A stretch of DNA of 64,000 nt. Source: a candidate division WOR-3 bacterium (lineage in GTDB: Bacteria; Hydrothermota; Hydrothermia; LBFQ01). The notes under the pieces are model-generated. The model saw only the letters and a list, made by a program, of their open reading frames with translations, was not told the origin of the DNA and made no database searches. Both the position numbers and the translations under genes were made by a program. Shown here in pieces: positions 31,603-40,668 of the stretch. The stretch covers positions 1 to 64,000 of the forward strand of contig JALUCS010000132.1 of the NCBI GenBank assembly GCA_027050205.1, written 5' to 3'. Within the stretch, counting starts at the first letter, position 1; every line of letters begins with the position of its first letter.

Positions 31603-32922
31603 CTAAGGCCGTCCGAAGGGTTTGACCTCCCTGCTTACGAACTCCTCCATCTCCCTCAAGGCCCTCTCAACGATGTAGCGGCGCCTCCTGTCCCGCCTCA
31701 TCTTGGGGACGTCCGGGATTATGCCGAAGTTGGCGTTCATAGGCTGGAAGTACTTGGGGTTGGCCGTGGTTATGTAGTGGAAGAGGGCACCCATCATAGT
31801 GTGCTTAGGGAGGACTAGAGGCTCAAGGCCGAGGGCGAGGCGGGCGGCGTTCAGGCCGGCGAGGTGGCCACCGGCGATGGCGGGGACGTACCCCTCCGTT
31901 CCGGTTATCTGTCCGGCGAAGAGGATCCTCGGCTCCTTCTTGAGCTGTAGGGTTGGAAGCAGGAGCAGCGGAGATTTGATGAAGGTGTTCCTGTGGACGG
32001 CCCCGTACCTCAAGAACTCCGCCCTCTCAAGCCCCGGTATCATACGGAAGACCCTCTTCTGCTCCCCCCACTTGAGCTGGGTCTGGAAGCCCACTAGGTT
32101 CCAAGCCTTCCCCTCCCTGTCCTCCCTCCGGAGCTGGACGACGGCGTAGGGCAGTTTCCCCGTCCTCGGATCCTCAAGGCCCACCGGGCGCAGGGGGCCG
32201 TAAAGGAGGGTCTCCGGACCCCGCCGGGCCATCTCCTCTATGGGCAGGCAGGCCTCAAAGTACTTGGCGTCCTTCTCAAAGTCCTTGGGCGGGTGTATCT
32301 CGGCGTTTATCAGGGCCTCCCAGAACCGCATGTACTCCTCCTTGGTCATAGGGGCGTTGAGGTAGGCCTCGTCCTCGTGGCCGAAGCGGTCCTTGAAGTA
32401 CAGCTTGCTGTAGTCAAGGGTGTCGCCGTCCACTATGGGGGATTGGGCATCGTAGAAGTGCAGGTACTCCTCCCCCAGAAGTTGGCCAATGGCCTCGGAG
32501 AGGGGGTCGCTGGTCAGGGGGCCGGAGGCTATTACCACTATACCGTCCGGTATCTCCTTCACCTCCTCCCTGATGAAACGGATGTTGGGGTGGCCCTCTA
32601 TGGCCTCCTCCACCCTCTTTGAGAAGCAGTTGCGGTCCAGGGCGAGGGCCTTACCTCCGGGCAGGGCGCACTCCTCGGCAAACTTCAGGAGCGGGGAGTT
32701 GAGGAGCCTAAGCTCCTCCTTCAGGAGGCCGGGGGCGGAGTAGGGGTCCTTGGACTTGAAGGTGTTGGAACACACCAACTCGGCGGGTCTGCCCGTTGAG
32801 TGGGCTGGGGTCATCTTCTTCGGCCTCATCTCGTAGAGGTCCACCTGCACGCCCATATCTGCGGCCACGAGGGCGGCCTCGCTCCCGGCCAAACCGGCCC
32901 CTACGACGGTTATCCTCGGCAT
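31603..32922 (-). CDS. trmFO: tRNA (uracil-5-)-methyltransferase TrmFO
   Basis: GAGLAGSEAA, YEMRP...TPAH, ELVCSN, FEACLPIE, VGFQT.LKW.EQ.R, G..HRN, FQPMN.NFG. Confidence 0.97.
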   Translation of the reverse strand: MPRITVVGAGLAGSEAALVAADMGVQVDLYEMRPKKMTPAHSTGRPAELVCSNTFKSKDPYSAPGLLKEELRLLNSPLLKFAEECALPGGKALALDRNCFSKRVEEAIEGHPNIRFIREEVKEIPDGIVVIASGPLTSDPLSEAIGQLLGEEYLHFYDAQSPIVDGDTLDYSKLYFKDRFGHEDEAYLNAPMTKEEYMRFWEALINAEIHPPKDFEKDAKYFEACLPIEEMARRGPETLLYGPLRPVGLEDPRTGKLPYAVVQLRREDREGKAWNLVGFQTQLKWGEQKRVFRMIPGLERAEFLRYGAVHRNTFIKSPLLLLPTLQLKKEPRILFAGQITGTEGYVPAIAGGHLAGLNAARLALGLEPLVLPKHTMMGALFHYITTANPKYFQPMNANFGIIPDVPKMRRDRRRRYIVERALREMEEFVSREVKPFGRP

Positions 32923-32959
32923 TCGCCTTCCAATTCTAAGGCGGGATTCTGCTCTGCCC

Positions 32960-35227
32960 CTACCTCACCACCTTTACCCGCTCCAACTTGCCTCCTACCC
33001 TCACCTTTAGGATATACACACCGCGGGGCAGCCCCTTCAGAGACACATCGTACTCCCCGGCCGGCACGTATCCCAGTACCTCCTCATACGCCTTCCGGCC
33101 CGACGCCGAATACGCCTCTAAGGCCACGTACCCGCTCCTCGCGACCCTTATCCTGACCCCCTCCTCCGTAGGGACGACCGCGGAGACGGTCTCCGTTGGC
33201 CTCTCCTCCACCCCGGTGGCGTTATCAAAGACGGCTACGAAGATATCCACCCCACCGTAGGGGCTTCCGGAGTACCCCTCCCAGGGGAAGTCGGAGACGG
33301 CGTTAGTATCGGCGAAGCCGTAGGCGACGAGGCGACCGTCCGGCAAAAGATCTATATCCGCCACCTCCTGATGCCCCGGCCAGGCGTAATAAGAGGACGC
33401 CCTTATCCGGTCCAGATTCGGATAGAACTTTATCACAAAGCCGTCCTGATCCCCTCCCCAGTCCCTATCGTAGGCCGAAGGGGAGACGGGGAAGTCCTGT
33501 ATATAGCACAGGCCACCGCCTATATAGACGAAGCCGCTCCCATCAACTAAGACCTTAGCGGGCGTCTCGTTGAAGCCGCTGTAGTAGCAGTTCGCCCACT
33601 GGGCGCTGTCCCCACCGAAGAAGGTTGAGGCTTGGATCGCAGAGAGGTCCGGAGAAAGCTTTGCGACGAAGGCGTCTATGCCCCCGTTGAGGGTGTTGTC
33701 GTACCCACCGACTATGGGGAAGTCGGAGGAGTAGGTCGTGAAGGCCACGTAGAGGCTCCCGTCAGGCCCCGAAGCCATAGATACGGGGGCGTTCCAGGTG
33801 TAGCCGTCCGTACGGCTCCCGCCGAGGTACGTACTCGCCAGTATGGTAGAGAGGTCGGAGGAGAACTTCATTACGTATATGTCCGTAAAGCCCCCCGCAA
33901 AGGGCCTTCCACCTATAACGGGGAGGGTATCCACTGTTGTTGTGAAGGCGACGAAGACGTTCCCCGAAGGATCAATCGTCATACCAAAGAACTTCATACC
34001 GTTGGCATCGTCGTTCCTGTAAGTTCCGAAGTAGGTTGAGGCTATCAGACTGCTCAGGTCGTTGCTGAAGATGGCTACGAAACCGTTCGCACTGTCGGGT
34101 GATGGAGGGGTGGATATCGCTCCGCCGACGATATCAAGGAGGGTATCCGACTCGGTTATTCCCATCAGAACTATATTCCCGGATGGGGTTATCGCGAGTT
34201 TGAAAGGCTCCTCGTCCCCTCCGTAGGGGTTGGAGGTACTCCTCCCACCGAAGTAGGTGCCTGCGAGGAGGGTACTTAGGTCCGGACTCAACTTGAGTAT
34301 TACGACGTCCACGCCCACGCCATCACTCTGGACAGAGGTGTCCCTGTACCCGCCCGGAGGGACGGCGAAGTCGTTGTCCGAGAAGGCCACGAAGACGTTT
34401 CCGGAGCTATCAACTGCTATCAGAGGGTAGTAGCAGAAGAATATATTGCAGTCCATCTCCTCGCTTCCGGGGTCCCCTATGTATGTGGCGGAGAGGATCT
34501 GGAGGCTTGAGTTGAGGCGGAGGACGAAGATGTCCCCCCACAGGGTGTCCCCCTGGGTATCGTACCCGGAGGCCGAGCCGAAGTCAAAGTCTCCGCTGTA
34601 GGTGTATCCGACTACGTATATGCTTCCATCCGGCCCTACGGCGAGGGAGTTGTTTCCCATACCCTCATCACGACTCCCACCGAACAGGCGGGCGTAAGGT
34701 ACGGAGCCGAGGTCGGGGTCTATGACCAGAGGTCGGGAGGGATCGTATCCCCTTACATCAAACCGGAGGGTGTTCCCATCCACGACGGGTCGGACCTCAA
34801 CCTCGTCCGTACCCTGATAGGCCCTTATGCCGGAGATGAGGAGACTACCGACCCCTATCCCCTCCTTGGAGACGCTTATGGGTCTGTTGAAGGTTATCTC
34901 AACGTCTTCGGGATTCCCACCGGGACGCACCACGACCTGAAACTCAACCTTACCCCCCTCGGTGGGCGTGAATACGAGGTCAACGTTCTCCCACACGTTG
35001 GCGTACCTGACCTGCCTGTAGGCGGGGAAGACCTCGGAGCCTCCGGAGGTGTGCCTGCTGACGTATCCGCCCGTTGGGAGGAGGCCCTGCGGCTCACCGT
35101 TGGGAAGGAGGAGGACGACGTCCGCCACCCTGACGTACCCCCTGCGGAACTCCAAGCCCTCCGGGAAACTCCGGAGGACGCCACCCACATCGTAGAGGAC
35201 GGGAGTAAGAGCGAACAGCATCAGCAT
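32960..35227 (-). CDS. Secreted SBBP-repeat beta-propeller protein with T9SS-CTD-like tail
   Basis: YD.SRPLVIDP linker; repeated TY.GG....D...G..YV...T.S.DFP / D.FV.K units; tail GVEE...YSASGR...LPRGVYIL...KVVR. Confidence 0.85.
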   Translation of the reverse strand: MLMLFALTPVLYDVGGVLRSFPEGLEFRRGYVRVADVVLLLPNGEPQGLLPTGGYVSRHTSGGSEVFPAYRQVRYANVWENVDLVFTPTEGGKVEFQVVVRPGGNPEDVEITFNRPISVSKEGIGVGSLLISGIRAYQGTDEVEVRPVVDGNTLRFDVRGYDPSRPLVIDPDLGSVPYARLFGGSRDEGMGNNSLAVGPDGSIYVVGYTYSGDFDFGSASGYDTQGDTLWGDIFVLRLNSSLQILSATYIGDPGSEEMDCNIFFCYYPLIAVDSSGNVFVAFSDNDFAVPPGGYRDTSVQSDGVGVDVVILKLSPDLSTLLAGTYFGGRSTSNPYGGDEEPFKLAITPSGNIVLMGITESDTLLDIVGGAISTPPSPDSANGFVAIFSNDLSSLIASTYFGTYRNDDANGMKFFGMTIDPSGNVFVAFTTTVDTLPVIGGRPFAGGFTDIYVMKFSSDLSTILASTYLGGSRTDGYTWNAPVSMASGPDGSLYVAFTTYSSDFPIVGGYDNTLNGGIDAFVAKLSPDLSAIQASTFFGGDSAQWANCYYSGFNETPAKVLVDGSGFVYIGGGLCYIQDFPVSPSAYDRDWGGDQDGFVIKFYPNLDRIRASSYYAWPGHQEVADIDLLPDGRLVAYGFADTNAVSDFPWEGYSGSPYGGVDIFVAVFDNATGVEERPTETVSAVVPTEEGVRIRVARSGYVALEAYSASGRKAYEEVLGYVPAGEYDVSLKGLPRGVYILKVRVGGKLERVKVVR

Positions 35228-35717
35228 AGGAGAGGATTTTAGGTCAGTTTCTGTAGCCGATAAACGTCCTTTGCAGGGGAGCCTGCAAAACTTGACTGCG
35301 AGTATGGATTCCTACCAAACGCTTAGTATTCGGCTGGCGGTCCCTTTCAACGAGGTCGTTGGCCAAGGTGAGCCGCATAGGATGACTTTCAAAATCTGTA
35401 ATGCATATTTTAAGAATCTTAAAGCAAAACTTTTAGTTTATTGAAGTGCAAGTTTAAGTTTTTGAAAGTGCGTTGTTCGGCATCAAGCGGTGGGCAAAGT
35501 ATCCTTCTGGGCATTCAACGTAGAGCGACACAGACTCCGGAGGAGCCATCGGGGTAAGGTTCCCCGTATCGCCGGTCAAAATCACAAACCCGGAGCGTCC
35601 TACATTTTCAGGCGAAAGCACATCTCAAACGTCGGCGTAATGCCGAAATTTTGATGAAAATACGAATAGCCATAAGACCCCGTCCCCGAAACCTCCTCCG
35701 CCTTATAATAACCCATT

Positions 35718-36083
35718 ATGCTGATACTTTTCCTAACGTTCCAAAATCCCGACACCACCTACCGCGACCCTGCCCGCGTGTGCCTCCAAGCCTACGAAGA
35801 TGCAAATAGAACGGTGGATAAGAACAGGTGGCTGGGCGCAGGCGCCCTCGCCCCCCTCATCGGCTCCCCCCTCGGAGGGGTTGTAGCCGTCGCCCTATCC
35901 TACTTTATCACCCCATCCATCCCCCTCTACGCCTTGGAGAAACTCCCCTCCGACTACACCCCCATCTACTCCGCCTGCTACAACACCCGCGCCCGTATCC
36001 TCCAGGTTAAATATACCACCCTCGGTTGCGCCCTCGGCTCCATCCTCCCCCCTCTCCTGTACCTACCCTTTATCCGCTACTGA
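35718..36083 (+). CDS. Hypothetical membrane protein
   Basis: TATAAT 8 nt before ATG; two hydrophobic segments; host codon usage. Confidence 0.7.
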   Translation: MLILFLTFQNPDTTYRDPARVCLQAYEDANRTVDKNRWLGAGALAPLIGSPLGGVVAVALSYFITPSIPLYALEKLPSDYTPIYSACYNTRARILQVKYTTLGCALGSILPPLLYLPFIRY

Positions 36084-36084
36084 A

Positions 36085-36420
36085 TCACTTCTCGCACACG
36101 TAGACCTCGGCCGTCTTGGAGGTGAGGGTGGTGGGGATAAACATATTGGCCAGCATCCCGATGATGACGTCCAGGACGGTGTACTTCACCTCTACCCTGA
36201 CCCTCCTGCCCTTCGGGATTATCTCGTCGGTGGAGGTGTTGCCCAAAGGCACCAGACCGTAGAGGACGTAGAAGTACCTCTTCTCGTTCACCTTGGTGCA
36301 TATAGCAGTGCTGGGAGCGAGACGGGCATCTCCGCTCACCCTGACGGTGGCGCAAGAGGAGGAGAGTATGGCTCCCCCTATTATCCCAGCGAGCAGAATA
36401 CTGCTCAGTCTCTTCCTCAT
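36085..36420 (-). CDS. Bor/Iss-like small lipoprotein (paralog 1)
   Basis: Lipobox-like LSSSC; K..FY.LYGLVPL...ST...D..I motif; SD GGAGG. Confidence 0.75.
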   Translation of the reverse strand: MRKRLSSILLAGIIGGAILSSSCATVRVSGDARLAPSTAICTKVNEKRYFYVLYGLVPLGNTSTDEIIPKGRRVRVEVKYTVLDVIIGMLANMFIPTTLTSKTAEVYVCEK

Positions 36421-36558
36421 CTCTTACCTCCTGTTGGATTGGAATTCTATACCGGTCAAAAGTATAAACGGCTACAAATTCGTGCAATAACTTCGTTGCA
36501 TAGGAATGTGCAACACAACGGGAGGAGATTTACTAATCGTCCTTAAAATATCTACGTT

Positions 36559-36963
36559 ATGTGGAGAAAGGCTCTTTTAGTTGCGAGCGTCCTGTTGCTA
36601 TCCGGATGCGCTACGATGGTATTTGAGGCTCCGAGGGGAAAGGAGCTGTACCTGACGTCGTCCCAAGAGGCGACGAACCGCATATACGAGAGCAAGGTGT
36701 GGTACCTGATAGGGGGCCTGATACCCATAACCGCCAACTCCACCGCCCAGATGCAGCCGGGGATGTTCAGCATGGAGAAGGCCCCGGCTACCTCCATCCT
36801 CGCCGCCTGCCCGGACGGGGGGAAGGTGTACTTCAAGTCCGAGATAGGCGTTATAGACTGGCTGATCACCGTAGTGGCTTCCTCCGTCTTAGGCACCTTC
36901 ACGTGCGGTTGCGGTAGCGTCCTGATCCCCACCATCTATAGCGTAAAGGCATACTGTAAGTAG
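36559..36963 (+). CDS. Bor/Iss-like small lipoprotein (paralog 2)
   Basis: Lipobox LSGC; KVWYL.GGLIP.T.NSTA...D.LI motif; terminal CK. Confidence 0.75.
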   Translation: MWRKALLVASVLLLSGCATMVFEAPRGKELYLTSSQEATNRIYESKVWYLIGGLIPITANSTAQMQPGMFSMEKAPATSILAACPDGGKVYFKSEIGVIDWLITVVASSVLGTFTCGCGSVLIPTIYSVKAYCK

Positions 36964-36973
36964 GAGGTGAGAT

Positions 36974-37291
36974 ATGCGTAAGGTCCTGTTTGCCGGTCTC
37001 CTCGCTCTGCTCTTAGGTGGGTGCGCCACCGTGGTGGTGGATACTCCTCCCGGTAAGGAGGTGAAGCTCGCTCAGGAGGGTACGATGCTGCCCACGGTCG
37101 CCAAGAAGAAGGTCTGGTACGCCCTGTGGGGCCTCATCCCCCTCACCAACAACTCCACGGCCGATATGGTCGCCAGCTGCAATCAGGAGGTCAGGGTGAA
37201 GAGGTACATAGGCGTGGATGACGTCATCATAGGTATCTTCACATCCATAGTCACGATCCGCCCGATTACCGTAGAGGTCCAGTGTAAGTGA
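36974..37291 (+). CDS. Bor/Iss-like small lipoprotein (paralog 3)
   Basis: Lipobox LGGC; KVWYALWGLIPLT.NSTA...D.II motif; SD AGGAGG; terminal CK. Confidence 0.78.
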   Translation: MRKVLFAGLLALLLGGCATVVVDTPPGKEVKLAQEGTMLPTVAKKKVWYALWGLIPLTNNSTADMVASCNQEVRVKRYIGVDDVIIGIFTSIVTIRPITVEVQCK

Positions 37292-37334
37292 TGCGATGGG
37301 GAGGGGGTACCTTTCGGCCTTTTAATACCTACCC

Positions 37335-39059
37335 GTGCGGAGGTACCTCCTCCTCTTCCTATTTTATGCCGTTTTCAGCCTACTGTACGCTGTAGTTGAG
37401 GGTCTCTCCCTCTCCATTCTCCCTGTAATCTTAAGGGTCCTCCTTGGTAGTACGTCAGGAACTTCTCTAATACCGGCCCTCAAGGCCGTCTCTCCCCTTC
37501 AAGGTTGGCTCAAATCTTACGTCCTCCTTGACGACAAGTACGAGGCTCTAAGGAACCTCTCCCTCTTCGTCGCCTCCATCTTCATTAGCAAGATGATAGT
37601 AAATTCGGCCAAGAAGCTCTCCATCCTCGCCCTGATGGAGATGGTGGCCAAGGACCTAAGGGATAGAGCCTTTGCCGCCGTAATGAGGGCGGACGTCTCC
37701 TCCTTGAGGAGGGTCAGGGTGGGGGACCTCGTCTCCCGCCTCACGGGTGAGGTCAATTACATCAAGCTGGCCGTAAGGGACGGCATCGGCAACCTGTTGG
37801 GGGAGGGGTTCAACCTCCTCGTCTTCGCCGGTCTGGCCCTGACCTCCGCCCCCGTCTTGAGCGTCTTCGCCTGGGGCATCCTCCTATCGGCCTCCCTCCT
37901 CGGATGGGCGGTCTCCCGCATCGTAAAGAGGAGGTCGGCCAAAGCCCTCGCCTCCCTGGGGGACTTCTCCGCCTACCTCTCCAAGAGTTTTGAGGGGATA
38001 AAGGTCATAAAGTCCTTAAACGCCGTCGGGGAGGTCCTCAACCGCTTCGCCGAGTACTCAAGGAGGCTCTACCTCCAGTTCGTAAAGTTGGAGTTCTCGG
38101 CCGCCCTCGCCCCCATCCTCTCGGAGACCCTCGTGGGCTTGAGCGCCGCCCTGATCCTCTTCCTCGCCGGATACTTCATATTCAAGGCCAAGGTGGTGGA
38201 GCCGGACGCCTTCATCGTCTTCCTCGCGGCCTCCCTCTCTATGATCCGCCCCCTCAAGCTCATCTTCCAGAGCATAGCCTATATAAACACGGCGAGGTCC
38301 TCCTACGAGAGGTTGAGGGAACTTCTGAACCTACCGGAGGAGAGGTGGGGGAGTCTGGACCCAAGCGACTGGAGGACGTTGGAGCTTCGGAACGTAAAGG
38401 TCAGGTACGACGGGAACCTCGTCCTTGACGTCCCCCACCTGAAGGTTGGGCGGGGGGAGAGGATCGCCGTAATAGGACGATCGGGGGCCGGGAAGAGTAC
38501 CCTCCTTGACGTCCTCGCCGGTTTCGTAAGGCCCGACGAGGGGGAGGTCCTATTGGACGGAAGGAGTCTCTACGAGTACGACCTCTTCAAATGGCGGGAG
38601 GTGGTGGGATACGTACCGCAGGAGGTCTATATCTTTGACGGCACCCTTAAGGAGAACGTCGGGGAGGGGGCGGAGGGGCTTATGGGTAGGCTGAACCTCT
38701 CCCACCTCCTCCGGAGGTTGGACGAGCCGGTCGTAAATCTGAAGGACGCCCTGTCGGGGGGTGAGAGGCAGAGGATAGGGATAGTGCGGGTGCTAAGGCG
38801 GAAGCCCTCCCTCCTACTGATGGACGAACCGACGAGCGCCCTTGACTCGGAGAGCGAAGCCGCCTTGAGGAGACTCCTTGAGGAGATGGAGGGTATAACC
38901 CTGATAGTGGTAGCCCACAAGAGGAGTACCGCCCTATGGGGCAGGAGGGTGTTGGTTATGGAAGGGGGGAGGATCGTATGCGACGGCAACCACGAGGAGT
39001 TGAAACGCACCTGCCCCCGCTACACCGACCTCATGGAGAGGGAAGAATTAACGGGATGA
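37335..39059 (+). CDS. ABC transporter ATP-binding/permease fusion (MsbA-like)
   Basis: N-terminal TM domain; GRSGAGKST, LSGGERQR, LLMDEPTSALD, VAH. Confidence 0.9.
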   Translation: MRRYLLLFLFYAVFSLLYAVVEGLSLSILPVILRVLLGSTSGTSLIPALKAVSPLQGWLKSYVLLDDKYEALRNLSLFVASIFISKMIVNSAKKLSILALMEMVAKDLRDRAFAAVMRADVSSLRRVRVGDLVSRLTGEVNYIKLAVRDGIGNLLGEGFNLLVFAGLALTSAPVLSVFAWGILLSASLLGWAVSRIVKRRSAKALASLGDFSAYLSKSFEGIKVIKSLNAVGEVLNRFAEYSRRLYLQFVKLEFSAALAPILSETLVGLSAALILFLAGYFIFKAKVVEPDAFIVFLAASLSMIRPLKLIFQSIAYINTARSSYERLRELLNLPEERWGSLDPSDWRTLELRNVKVRYDGNLVLDVPHLKVGRGERIAVIGRSGAGKSTLLDVLAGFVRPDEGEVLLDGRSLYEYDLFKWREVVGYVPQEVYIFDGTLKENVGEGAEGLMGRLNLSHLLRRLDEPVVNLKDALSGGERQRIGIVRVLRRKPSLLLMDEPTSALDSESEAALRRLLEEMEGITLIVVAHKRSTALWGRRVLVMEGGRIVCDGNHEELKRTCPRYTDLMEREELTG

Positions 39060-39626
39060 GGCCTTTGCCATCTCAAGGAGGAAACGGTGGAACAGGTCGT
39101 CCCCCGAAAGCTCCGGGTGGAAGGTTAGGGCGAGGACGTTCCCCTGGAGGACACCCACCGGCTCACCGTCGCCGAGGGTGGCGACCACCTCCACACCCTC
39201 TCCCACCTCTACGATCCTAGGCGCCCTTATGAAGACCCCGGTTATCTCCCTCTCCTCTCCGCCGAGCTTCACCCTAACCGGGGCCTCAAAGCTGTCCTTC
39301 TGCCTGCCGTAGGCGTTCCTACGCACCTTGATATTGACCTTGCCCAGCGTCAAGCCGGGGTCGTCGTCTATCACCTCGCTGGCGAGGACTATCAGACCGG
39401 CGCACGTGCCGAGGATGGGCCTGTCCCACCCGCGGAGGGCCTCAACGAAGCCGTACTTCTTCAGGATGCGGGCGAAGTGGGTACTCTCCCCACCGGGGAA
39501 CACCAGGGCATCCACGAGAGTGAGGTCCTCCGGGAGCTTGACGTAGAGGGGTTCGGCCCCTAAGCCCTTAAGGATGGCGGCATGCTCTTCGTAATCACCC
39601 TGAAATCCGAGAACTCCGACCTTCAT
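39048..39626 (-). CDS. pdxT: Pyridoxal 5'-phosphate synthase glutaminase subunit
   Basis: GVL..QG...EH, PGGEST, GTCAGLI, RNAYGRQ.DSF, FIRAP, FHPEL. Confidence 0.96.
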   Translation of the reverse strand: MKVGVLGFQGDYEEHAAILKGLGAEPLYVKLPEDLTLVDALVFPGGESTHFARILKKYGFVEALRGWDRPILGTCAGLIVLASEVIDDDPGLTLGKVNIKVRRNAYGRQKDSFEAPVRVKLGGEEREITGVFIRAPRIVEVGEGVEVVATLGDGEPVGVLQGNVLALTFHPELSGDDLFHRFLLEMAKASSR

Positions 39627-39637
39627 AAAGGGAGAAA

Positions 39638-39711
39638 AGCCCGCGGGCGGACTTGAACCGCCGACCTCGTCCTTACCAAGGACGCGCTCTGACCGCCTGA
39701 GCTACGCGGGC
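39638..39711 (-). tRNA. tRNA-Thr(GGT)
   Basis: Cloverleaf GCCCGCG...CGCGGGC-T; anticodon arm CGTCC-TTGGTAA-GGACG; T-loop TTCAAGT; no encoded CCA. Confidence 0.95.
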
Positions 39712-39716
39712 GTAAG

Positions 39717-39791
39717 TCGGGGCGCCGGGATTTGAACCCGGGACCTCTTCCACCCCAAGGAAGCGCGCTAACCAGGCTGCGCTACGCCCCG
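39717..39791 (-). tRNA. tRNA-Pro(GGG)
   Basis: CGGGGCGTAGCGCAGCCTGG...; anticodon arm CTTCC-TTGGGGT-GGAAG; T-loop TTCAAAT; no encoded CCA. Confidence 0.95.
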
Positions 39792-39804
39792 ACGGAGGTG
39801 GATA

Positions 39805-40668
39805 TTATAACGGTGAATGGGATGCGGATGGGAGCCTAACGGGTACCACCAACACCGTCTGGGAGACAGCGGCGAAGAAACCCTCCGCACCGTTGAGGTT
39901 CCCCTGATCCATCACCCCCCACCTGTACCTGTCCTCGTTCAAGGCCCAGACCTTGACGGCGTAGTTCCCGCTCCCCCACGCGAAGGCGGGCGCCTCGTAG
40001 AAGGCGAAGGGTGGAAAGGCCCTTAGGCTGTCGGGTACCCCCGGAACGAGGCTGGAGTCGGGTAGGGAGAGGAAGAGGTAGCGGGGGGGACGGAAGAGGG
40101 TGATGCTGTCCCGCTTGTCGTAGTTGTAGATGAAGGCGTAGTAGAAGGCGGCCCCTTCAACGGCCATCCATACGGCGAGGGTGAGCGTATCCTCCGGGAG
40201 CCTGACCGTATCCCCCGGCCCGATGATGGAGAAGGAGGAGTCGGAGGGGTTGAACCTGACCAGCATAACGGGGAAGGTGTCGGGCGTGGTGGTCGTACCC
40301 TCGGCCGTGTCCCCCTCGTAGGAGACGGTTATGCGGTAGGTAGTGAGGGGCCTGGGGGAGAAGTGGGCTACGTGGAGCCAGACGCTGTCCTCCTTGAGCG
40401 TGGTATCCCCGAAGTTCAGGACCCTGATGGTCGTAAATACGGGGGAGAAGGTGTAGGTGCTGTCTCCGTCCGAAACCACGACCTTGGCATCCTTTAAGCC
40501 TCTACCCCTCGGCTCCTCCGGACTGCGGGGCCTATCCACGAAGACGTACTGGACGGTATCGCCAACGACGAGCATAGCGCTGACGTAGAGGGGGGGAACG
40601 GAGGGGGGCGGGGTAGCCTCCTCGCACCCCACCCCCAGTAGTACCGTCAAGGATAAGAGTCGCCTCAC
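39805..40668 (-). CDS. Lipoprotein, DUF4249-like
   Basis: MRR...LGVGC lipoprotein signal; LYV.A.L..G, A.V.V.DG, Y.I.V...G....G.TT.P and N..G..G.F patterns. Confidence 0.6.
   Translation of the reverse strand: MRRLLSLTVLLGVGCEEATPPPSVPPLYVSAMLVVGDTVQYVFVDRPRSPEEPRGRGLKDAKVVVSDGDSTYTFSPVFTTIRVLNFGDTTLKEDSVWLHVAHFSPRPLTTYRITVSYEGDTAEGTTTTPDTFPVMLVRFNPSDSSFSIIGPGDTVRLPEDTLTLAVWMAVEGAAFYYAFIYNYDKRDSITLFRPPRYLFLSLPDSSLVPGVPDSLRAFPPFAFYEAPAFAWGSGNYAVKVWALNEDRYRWGVMDQGNLNGAEGFFAAVSQTVLVVPVRLPSASHSPL

Noticed and set aside
35262..35292. Isolated CRISPR repeat or anti-repeat (GTTTTGCAGGCT on the - strand)
   Set aside because: Only about 8-10 nt similar; no ATT(G/A)AAAC end; better explained as a local hairpin
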